Shown here in pieces: positions 39,610 to 46,544 of a stretch of 64,000 nt of DNA. Made by a program: the position numbers and the translations under genes. The stretch's first letter is position 1, and each line of letters begins with the position of its first letter. Source of the DNA: Spirochaetae bacterium HGW-Spirochaetae-3 (lineage in GTDB: Bacteria; Spirochaetota; Spirochaetia; Treponematales; UBA12059); the NCBI GenBank assembly GCA_002839315.1, contig PGXV01000005.1, positions 155,269 to 219,268 of the forward strand, written 5' to 3'. The notes beneath the pieces were generated by a model. The model was not told the DNA's origin, did not search any database, and saw nothing but the letters and a program-made list of their open reading frames with translations.

Positions 39610-40137
39610 ATGGCATTATCAAATGAAAAACTATATTACCGACGATCAGGTATTACCGAATCTGTTAATACTTATACAGCATTATCAGATGTAGGAACCG
39701 AGGCATTAAAAGTAAGAGTAAATGGAGCCGACAGATATATTGCATTAGGAGATGAGACAGATTCTAAAAAGTCTTTTTTGCGTATAAGAAAGAATGGAAT
39801 AATAAAGGCTATACTAAAATCAGTAATAGATTATGTTGGATCATGGACGTTAATAGTAACTACTAACTATAATGCTTATCGATATTGGACTGTCTATTTT
39901 GATTATGACAAAGTGTTTAGTGAAAGTGATATGACCAACTTTAAGTTTGTAGGTAATATGCTCAATACCAAATACAAAATAGATGGTGTCGAATATACTG
40001 CAACAACTACACTTGTTAATGGAATGTATGTAACTGAACGAAAGCATAGATTAACAACTGGTAATCATACTATTGGCTTAACTGCTACATTGGTTTTTAG
40101 CACGTCGTCGTCCGCATCTGCTTACCGTGTAGTATAA
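39610..40137 (+). CDS. Tail fibre-associated protein
   Basis: Position, 175 aa, beta-rich. Confidence 0.55.
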   Translation: MALSNEKLYYRRSGITESVNTYTALSDVGTEALKVRVNGADRYIALGDETDSKKSFLRIRKNGIIKAILKSVIDYVGSWTLIVTTNYNAYRYWTVYFDYDKVFSESDMTNFKFVGNMLNTKYKIDGVEYTATTTLVNGMYVTERKHRLTTGNHTIGLTATLVFSTSSSASAYRVV

Positions 40138-40168
40138 CTAATATATAGAATGGAGATTTAAAAATAGT

Positions 40169-40459
40169 ATGAATGATAATGACAAGGTCTTAGAGTATAT
40201 ACAAAAAATATTTGATGTAAAATTTGAAGGATTGAATACTCGTCTTGATAGTATAGAGCAAACACTGTCTATAAACCATACGGAACTAAAAGGTAAAGTA
40301 GATGACCATGAAAAAAGACTCACAACCATAGAATCAAAAAATGAAAAGAATGATAAAGATATTTTTATAAATGAATTTAAAAAAGAGGTAATACACTGGT
40401 CTATACCGGCGCTATTTGGATTGATTTTAATTGGTATTAAGTCAAAGCTTGGATCATAA
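40169..40459 (+). CDS. Coiled-coil plus C-terminal TM protein (holin-like), copy 1
   Basis: GGAG RBS; HEKRLTTIE; IHWSIPALFGLILIG. Confidence 0.65.
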   Translation: MNDNDKVLEYIQKIFDVKFEGLNTRLDSIEQTLSINHTELKGKVDDHEKRLTTIESKNEKNDKDIFINEFKKEVIHWSIPALFGLILIGIKSKLGS

Positions 40460-40460
40460 T

Positions 40461-40928
40461 ATGTATCTACAAAACAATCCTGCATTACTACCACAAATAC
40501 AACGAGTAGGCTGTCTTCACTTATCTATGCTTTGTATGATCGAATTATGGGCTGATGTTGAGATCAGTATTGATGATGTAAACACTATCTGGACAATGGC
40601 AAAGCAACGAACATTCCTTCGTAACGATGGCTATATGCGAGACATGGATGGAGTATTGAAGCTGGCGAAACAGGCACTAGGATTTGCAAAACCAATATTT
40701 ACTGTTGGGATTATAGAAGACAGGAAAACGGTGTATTGGGATTGGACAAAAAACTATCCAGAACTACAGCAAACAGCGTATAAGATCGAAACGTTGAAAA
40801 CATTCGGCAAGACTGGAACGCACTTCGTACTGTGCGATAAAGACGGAGAACTGATATTTGACAGCTACTCCTTTAAGCCGTATAGGTTTGAGCATATTGG
40901 GCGCTATCACTTATTCAATCACTACTAA
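40461..40928 (+). CDS. DUF261-like Cys/His protein, candidate endolysin
   Basis: LQNNPAL..IQRVGCLHLS...THFVL...IFDS; lies in the lysis cassette. Confidence 0.55.
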   Translation: MYLQNNPALLPQIQRVGCLHLSMLCMIELWADVEISIDDVNTIWTMAKQRTFLRNDGYMRDMDGVLKLAKQALGFAKPIFTVGIIEDRKTVYWDWTKNYPELQQTAYKIETLKTFGKTGTHFVLCDKDGELIFDSYSFKPYRFEHIGRYHLFNHY

Positions 40929-40952
40929 TTGAATAACAAGGATGTAAAAATA

Positions 40953-41243
40953 ATGGCTGATAACAATCAAATCTTAGAGCTGATTCAAGAGATATTTAAC
41001 AACAAGTTTGACGCCCTTGATAAGAAGCTAGACTTATTAACCACTGGGTTGGAATCGAATCACAATAAGCTTGAAGTACGAGTCTCGTGTGCAGAGACTG
41101 ATATCGTTAGTCTTAAAAACAGACGAGTTGATGATAAACTGAATGTGAAGAATGAAGTATTAAAAACAATTATACATTGGGGCATTCCGATTGTTATCCT
41201 TGCGATAATTTACTTCATCCAGCAAGGGCAGTTGCATGTATGA
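40953..41243 (+). CDS. Coiled-coil plus C-terminal TM protein, copy 2
   Basis: Paralog of 40169-40459; IHWGIPIVILAIIYF. Confidence 0.65.
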   Translation: MADNNQILELIQEIFNNKFDALDKKLDLLTTGLESNHNKLEVRVSCAETDIVSLKNRRVDDKLNVKNEVLKTIIHWGIPIVILAIIYFIQQGQLHV

Positions 41244-41446
41244 TGAACCCTAAATATAAATCACGTCGGTTCTGGATAACGATCTGGGCCATAGCTCTCT
41301 CAACGACGCTTATGCTTACATCGATGTTCGGAGAATTTGATCCATCGTGGTTGTCATCCGCGCTACCGTTGCTGCTCTCAATCATCCTTGCCTATGTCGG
41401 AATCGAGTCATACGGCAGGACTAAGCAATCTCAGAAGCATGAATGA
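41240..41446 (+). CDS. Holin (2 TM)
   Basis: MMNPKYKSRRFW plus two hydrophobic helices, YVGIES, basic tail. Confidence 0.7.
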   Translation: MMNPKYKSRRFWITIWAIALSTTLMLTSMFGEFDPSWLSSALPLLLSIILAYVGIESYGRTKQSQKHE

Positions 41447-41762
41447 AAAAATATGTGTTTTTGGCGCTGGTCTTATTATCAGCGCTATCATATGCACAAT
41501 CGCAGGATACCTCGTCTTTGTACAACCAAGCATTCAACGAGCTGGACAGCTTAGAACAGAACTCCAATCAGCAAGAGACGTTAATCGACAACTTATTAAA
41601 ATCTCAGAGCAACGAACAGTTGTACTTGAAGAGTGTAGAAGCATTATTACAAGCAGCCGAGGATCAATCGAGAAGCTTAGAAGTATCCTTACAATATTAC
41701 AAGCATCAGACCCGCGTATTCATCGTAGTAGTCAGTATTCTCGCGACAGTCGTAATAGGTGA
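41439..41762 (+). CDS. i-spanin-like protein (N-terminal TM plus coiled coil)
   Basis: MNEKICVFGAGLIISAIICTIAGYLVFV followed by heptads. Confidence 0.45.
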   Translation: MNEKICVFGAGLIISAIICTIAGYLVFVQPSIQRAGQLRTELQSARDVNRQLIKISEQRTVVLEECRSIITSSRGSIEKLRSILTILQASDPRIHRSSQYSRDSRNR

Positions 41763-41787
41763 GTCTGTGCTTATAGGTATACGGTAG
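41443..41787 (+). CDS. Signal peptide plus coiled coil plus C-terminal TM protein (spanin-like)
   Basis: MKKYVFLALVLLSALSYA-QS; VFIVVVSILATVVIG; ATGA coupling to holin. Confidence 0.6.
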   Translation: MKKYVFLALVLLSALSYAQSQDTSSLYNQAFNELDSLEQNSNQQETLIDNLLKSQSNEQLYLKSVEALLQAAEDQSRSLEVSLQYYKHQTRVFIVVVSILATVVIGESVLIGIR

Positions 41788-41788
41788 C

Positions 41789-42043
41789 CTATACCTTCTT
41801 CGAAGGGCGACCCCGCTTTTTTGGAACTACCGCATCTACCGGTACCTTTTTTATACCTCTCGACTTCACTGGCGCAGGGGTATTCACAGGGGTAAGAGTT
41901 GAATCAAGAGTCTGTTGCTCTAATTCCTTGGTGATTGCATCGAGTGTGTCGGCAATATCCTGCTGTAGTTTCTCGTTCCGTACCTGTAGCGAAACGAGCT
42001 TTTTCGTAAGAGCGATAACTGGGTTTACTTTTGGTCGAGCCAT
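41789..42043 (-). CDS. Small basic protein with AT-hook-like tail
   Basis: AAGGAG RBS; coiled coil then PKKRGRPSKK. Confidence 0.65.
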   Translation of the reverse strand: MARPKVNPVIALTKKLVSLQVRNEKLQQDIADTLDAITKELEQQTLDSTLTPVNTPAPVKSRGIKKVPVDAVVPKKRGRPSKKV

Positions 42044-42102
42044 GTTCTCTCCTTATTCTTACATTAAGATAACATGGAATAATCTATATAGCAATTGTTA
42101 GA

Positions 42103-42125
42103 AGCCGCAGAAATGCGGCTTTTTT
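42103..42125 (+). terminator. Intrinsic terminator
   Basis: AGCCGCA-GAAA-TGCGGCT followed by T-run. Confidence 0.75.
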
Positions 42126-42235
42126 AATTGGGGAAAAGGTAAGAAAAAGTAACAAAACAGTGGCACAGAGAGGCAAAAGCAGCCATAATAACAATATCGG
42201 AAGTGATAAAAAAGAAACATAGAAAGGAGGTCGAA

Positions 42236-42397
42236 ATGCTGAAATTCAGTGATGGAGTAGAGTTCAACACAGACGGAGAACTCAGAATCGAAGAACGGTA
42301 CGATGGGCTGTACGTCGTAGGTAAAGGGATATTAATGCCGATTTCTTCACGAGAAGAAGGGCAGACGTTCATCGATAAGAAGAAGAAACCGGAGTAG
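42236..42397 (+). CDS. Small hypothetical protein
   Basis: AAGGAGG RBS; MLKFSDGVEF. Confidence 0.6.
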   Translation: MLKFSDGVEFNTDGELRIEERYDGLYVVGKGILMPISSREEGQTFIDKKKKPE

Positions 42398-42445
42398 TTA
42401 ATAGGGGCTTCGGCCCCTTGAGCCTTCAGAAAGGAGGAATAAGAA

Positions 42446-42820
42446 ATGACGGTCAAACAACCCGAAGATGTGTACGAATCCGTTAAGCGTTATAAAGCAA
42501 AAAAGCAAGAACACTTTTTAGTGATGACGCTCGATGGAGCACATCAGCCAATTAAAACCCATGTTGTAAGTATCGGCTTGGTGAATAGAACAATTGTACA
42601 TCCGAGAGAAGTCTTCTACAGAGCCATCAAGGATATGGCAGCTGCTGTCTTGCTTGTGCATAACCATCCATCAGGCCAGGTTCAACCATCACAAGAGGAT
42701 CGTGACATCACTCATCGACTGATTGAAGCGGGTGAATTGCTTGGTATTCCAGTTCTCGATCACCTGATCATTTCAGCGAAGAGCTTTTACAGCTTCACGG
42801 AACATGGAGAGTTGAGGTAG
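42446..42820 (+). CDS. RadC-like JAB domain protein
   Basis: QEHF, VHPREVF, HNHPSG..PSQED..IT.RL, LDHLII. Confidence 0.92.
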   Translation: MTVKQPEDVYESVKRYKAKKQEHFLVMTLDGAHQPIKTHVVSIGLVNRTIVHPREVFYRAIKDMAAAVLLVHNHPSGQVQPSQEDRDITHRLIEAGELLGIPVLDHLIISAKSFYSFTEHGELR

Positions 42821-42863
42821 AGCACTGCGTATGCGGGGCTAATGAAAGAAGAAGGAGATTATT

Positions 42864-43124
42864 ATGGTAAAAGAGATGAAGATTTGTGACTTCTGTGGCA
42901 GGGTTCTCAACGGTGAGCCTAAGTCCGTCACGATTGATGGAGCTGAGTACAAGGACGTATGCATGTCGTGCGTAGGTCGGTTGGACACCTTCGTGAAGCG
43001 GCTAGGCACTCCGTACGTGCCAAAAGCGAAGAAAGAGGGAGTAGAAGTGGTTTCTGAGACCAGTACGCCGCCGCAGGCTGTCGAGGAAGGGAAGGCACCG
43101 CTCTTCGGTAAGTCGAAGAAGTAG
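42864..43124 (+). CDS. Small zinc-finger protein
   Basis: CDFCG...DVCMSC; AAGGAG RBS. Confidence 0.7.
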   Translation: MVKEMKICDFCGRVLNGEPKSVTIDGAEYKDVCMSCVGRLDTFVKRLGTPYVPKAKKEGVEVVSETSTPPQAVEEGKAPLFGKSKK

Positions 43125-43485
43125 CTACATTCGTCAGATATTTTGAGCGACCTGATGCGGTCGCTCTTCCTATGTTTGGTGATGCATACAGTATCTTGTA
43201 TTATAATAAAACATACACCGCATAGGTAGTTGACAAGAAGGGTGAAAGTATGATACAGTGCAAATTGGCCGTGCCGGGAATCAGCCGACACAGCCAAATA
43301 CGTTTTGAGGCGTACGAGTTGTTGTTGAACAGCATCAGTTTAGGGTATCTGAGAATTTCTGTCAAGCACATTATAGCATTGCGTGCCATGGCGTACTACT
43401 ACGTACCATAGCTATCACATTGTAATGATGTTCTAGCAGTACTTTCGGAAACTAGATGACGCGTATGCCGGAAAGGATTTGTGTA

Positions 43486-43767
43486 ATGGCAAATAGACAT
43501 TACACGCGTCGGGAGCTTATGGCTCTTATCCAGATCGAGGCCGAATTCGGCAAGATCACGTACCAGAACCCCACGCTTATCGAACGGTTGTTCTTTGAGC
43601 GTACAGGGATTCGGAGGGCATCGGGACCGCTTTACATGGCGATGTGGCGGATCAAACGCGGCGAGTATGATGAATTGCTATACAGCAGTGCCATCAGGAC
43701 TCCGGAGTTCTCCTTCACTGAAGGAGACACCGTATCTGTTTCCAAGGAGGGCATCAATGGCTACTAA
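43486..43767 (+). CDS. Hypothetical phage protein
   Basis: AAGGA RBS; possible helical DNA-binding fold. Confidence 0.55.
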   Translation: MANRHYTRRELMALIQIEAEFGKITYQNPTLIERLFFERTGIRRASGPLYMAMWRIKRGEYDELLYSSAIRTPEFSFTEGDTVSVSKEGINGY

Positions 43768-43885
43768 GAAAACGTCTCCGAAGGCCGCTAGTGCGGCGAG
43801 CAAGGTACTTAGCAATCCTAAGTCGACTAAGGCTGAGAAGACAGCCGCAGCAAGTGCGCTCTCTCAGCGTGAGAAGAAGAAGTAA
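43757..43885 (+). CDS. Small basic protein MATKKTSPKAASAASKVL...
   Basis: AAGGAGG RBS; 42 aa. Confidence 0.6.
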   Translation: MATKKTSPKAASAASKVLSNPKSTKAEKTAAASALSQREKKK

Positions 43886-43909
43886 TTGAGAACGGGGCAG
43901 TAGGGAAAC

Positions 43910-45073
43910 TTACTGCCCTGTACTACTACTTAGTAAGAGTGGATCAGCATTGTGAATATCCTTTAATACATATTTTTTCTTCTCTCTTCCAGATACACTC
44001 TCTTCTTCAATGACCTCTTCGCATGTTAAAGTATATATAACTGTGTTTGTCGTTTTACCTTTTAGAAGATCGCCATCACCGGTTCCGTTATAGGTCTTGC
44101 CAGACAGATCAACTAGCCGCCAACTGCCAGTTCTTGTATCTTCCAGCTCCAATCGACCAGTTAGGTATACTATTACAGTCTCTAAATCTGTCCTTGCCTT
44201 TATTATATCTAGCACATGACTCGCATACGTAGGTACTATGGATTTTGACACTGACTTCCCTCCATTTGGATCTATCCAATCGAATGTCACACTTACACCG
44301 GACTTAACCACAGTTTCAAGCAACTTTGAGTAGTTGCTAATTGCATGGCCGCTATTTCGACGGAGATTTGCTATTATCTCCTCGTCTCCCTCGGCGACAA
44401 TCAACTCGACTCTATCTAGCGCATATCGAATGTCAAACCCATCGAACATATCTCTTGCGGAGTCAGACTCGAAATAAAGCTTAAATGATCCAGCTCTTGA
44501 GGCATATGCATTTAGCATATAGCTGTTAGGGGTATCGATAAGATCTCTGACAGAGCGAGTCACCTCTGTCATGGCTTTTTTATAGGCATACTTCAATACT
44601 GACTGGAAGTGTTGTACAACTTCAGCTAAAGAGAAAGCGTTGATGCTCTGGCGCACCCCTTCTGCAAACGATATACACACTACTGCCTTATTTTTAGTGT
44701 ATGCATCTTCAACCAACTTCTCATCAACTTCTAAGTCGAAATCAAGAAAAAAACCTGCATTGGGTAAGTAGTTTGTAGGGATATCTGAAAAAGCAATCGA
44801 TTGTGGAGGGTAGAACCCAGTATCGTCTTGTGTGTCTAGTAAATACCAGCAATCAATGTTGTTATCTAGATATGCTGTTCTTAAGTCAATAACACACTTT
44901 ACTAGCTTAATTATTGTATCAGGAGCAACAGGTCTACAGATATACCGGGCTTTTCCGTCAATAGAATCGATATGGAGTGTAAGATACTTTGTACCAACCT
45001 GATCAATTCCAATGAATAAAATAGGCATATCGTAGAAGATGAGTACTATATCAGGCTTAATAGAGATATTCAT
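43910..45073 (-). CDS. DUF6575-like N-terminal domain protein
   Basis: LIFYDMPILF..D..G..YL...IDLR.AY...YLP..GFFL pattern recalled from memory; coupled to upstream gene by ATGA. Confidence 0.6.
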   Translation of the reverse strand: MNISIKPDIVLIFYDMPILFIGIDQVGTKYLTLHIDSIDGKARYICRPVAPDTIIKLVKCVIDLRTAYLDNNIDCWYLLDTQDDTGFYPPQSIAFSDIPTNYLPNAGFFLDFDLEVDEKLVEDAYTKNKAVVCISFAEGVRQSINAFSLAEVVQHFQSVLKYAYKKAMTEVTRSVRDLIDTPNSYMLNAYASRAGSFKLYFESDSARDMFDGFDIRYALDRVELIVAEGDEEIIANLRRNSGHAISNYSKLLETVVKSGVSVTFDWIDPNGGKSVSKSIVPTYASHVLDIIKARTDLETVIVYLTGRLELEDTRTGSWRLVDLSGKTYNGTGDGDLLKGKTTNTVIYTLTCEEVIEEESVSGREKKKYVLKDIHNADPLLLSSSTGQ

Positions 45074-45453
45074 ACCGAGTCCTCGGGTAATTCAGTTGCT
45101 GCTATGGGATCAAAGTCCCTTGCTCGCCACCATGAGAAATGTGTCCTTTTTCCCGTCTTTAAGATAAGTCCTGACTCTTCAGTTAGCCTAATCTTAGCAA
45201 CGAATCGTTCTGGTCGATTTGGAATCCTTATTAAGTGTTCGCATGGAGTAGGCTCGGTGGAAACTGAGAGCGAACGCGCTCTACATTCGTCGACATTAAA
45301 TAGTTGCTTCGGGTACATGACCCGTTGAGATTCAAAATCATCTTCAGTTGGAGGAAGAGTCCTAACGGCCCTATAGATTATCATATTACTTGGCAGTACT
45401 GCTTCTTGAGGGGGGCACTGTTCTGGTAACTCATCATGCCATTGCATATCCAT
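45070..45453 (-). CDS. Hypothetical protein, ADP-ribosyltransferase-like motifs
   Basis: LPEQCPP, IYR, DDF.S, C.ARSLSV, HFSWW. Confidence 0.65.
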   Translation of the reverse strand: MDMQWHDELPEQCPPQEAVLPSNMIIYRAVRTLPPTEDDFESQRVMYPKQLFNVDECRARSLSVSTEPTPCEHLIRIPNRPERFVAKIRLTEESGLILKTGKRTHFSWWRARDFDPIAATELPEDSV

Positions 45454-45499
45454 TTTAACCTTCTCTATGCATCTTTTATATCAATCTTATACTACGTGC

Positions 45500-45527
45500 A
45501 TTCTACCTTCTGAGGATAGTCTGTCAA
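45500..45527 (-). promoter_or_regulatory. Sigma70-type promoter for the 45453-43910 operon
   Basis: Minus strand TTGACA-16 nt-TAGAAT. Confidence 0.6.
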
Positions 45528-45611
45528 GATTAATTCCTGAGTGCTGATAGTATATTGAATTAAGCTTGGAATATCTCAAAAACAATATATAATAATAATA
45601 AAAAAGACAGT

Positions 45612-45647
45612 ATGATGGAATTGAGATTGTTCAACACGATACCCTCC
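45612..45647 (-). other. ssb: Right attachment core (ATGAT) plus displaced ssb 5' end and RBS
   Basis: Minus strand GGAGGG-tatc-GTG TTG AAC AAT CTC AAT TCC ATC AT = M-L-N-N-L-N-S-I-I. Confidence 0.85.
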
Positions 45648-45785
45648 GTTAGCCGTCGATTAGAGCGCCCGTCCGGCGCCATGCCGATGATACGGAAGGC
45701 GGCGCAATGACGCTTTCGCTTGACCGGCTATTCCTGCGCATCATAAACTGGTGCCTGGCTATACCAATACGCCGAGGAGCTTCTC

Positions 45786-46544
45786 ATGATCGCCATAGAC
45801 GAATCCTTCGCCCCCATCGCGCCGCGTTCACTGAAGGACGAATTTATCGAGCGGTTCGAGGCGTTGATTCTCTCGGGAAAATTCTCCCCGGGCGAGAGAG
45901 TGCCCTCGGAGCGCGATCTCGGCGTTCTTTTCGGCATATCGAGGCCCGTGGTCCACGAAGGGCTGCGTACGCTCGAATCCAGGGGCCTCGTGACCATAGA
46001 GAGCCGCAAGGGGGTGCGCGTCAACGACTATCGCCGCGAAGGTTCGATAGAGATGCTGTTATCGATGCTGAATTACGCCGGAGGCAGACTCTCGCCGTCA
46101 CTTCTGGACGGCATCTTGGAGATGCGCCTGCTATTCGAGGTCGAAACGGCGCGATTGGCCGCCAGGCGGCGACGCGAGGATAATCTCGCCGCCCTGCGTG
46201 AATCCATCGAATGCGAACGTACCATCCTCGCGTCGTCGCGCGCAGCGCCGTCGCGCGCAGCGTCGTCTCGCGAAATAGCGGCCCTTGATTTCGAATTTCA
46301 CATTTCGATAGCGATCGCCAGCGGTAATGAGATATATCCGCTCCTGATGAACAGTTTCAGGCGCATCTATCGCGATATACTCGAGTCCTTCTATTCAGAT
46401 CAGAGCGTCGTGGAACCTGTATTCGCTTACCATGAGCGTATCGTCGCCGCCATCGCCGCTTGCGACGAGGCCGAAGCGAGGAAGGTCATGCTCGAGCTCC
46501 TGAGCTATAGCGAGGAGAATCTCCGGCGAATCCTAGTCGGCTAG
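45786..46544 (+). CDS. GntR/FadR family regulator
   Basis: PGERVPSERDL...GISRPVVHEGL; FCD domain D.EFH..IA.ASGN. Confidence 0.9.
   Translation: MIAIDESFAPIAPRSLKDEFIERFEALILSGKFSPGERVPSERDLGVLFGISRPVVHEGLRTLESRGLVTIESRKGVRVNDYRREGSIEMLLSMLNYAGGRLSPSLLDGILEMRLLFEVETARLAARRRREDNLAALRESIECERTILASSRAAPSRAASSREIAALDFEFHISIAIASGNEIYPLLMNSFRRIYRDILESFYSDQSVVEPVFAYHERIVAAIAACDEAEARKVMLELLSYSEENLRRILVG

Larger units (their letters stand above)
14776..45611. mobile_element. Prophage, ~31 kb, HK97-type siphovirus with serine integrase, inserted in ssb
   Basis: Composition shift at both ends; integrase, helicase, terminase, portal, protease, capsid, tail and lysis genes in canonical order; split ssb halves at the borders. 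Confidence 0.93.

Noticed and set aside
36285..40137. Diversity-generating retroelement or shufflon acting on the tail fibre
   Set aside because: No reverse transcriptase or invertase, and no TR/VR or inverted cassette repeats seen by eye
42839..43297. 152-aa minus-strand ORF
   Set aside because: No RBS, antisense to the zinc-finger gene, no motifs
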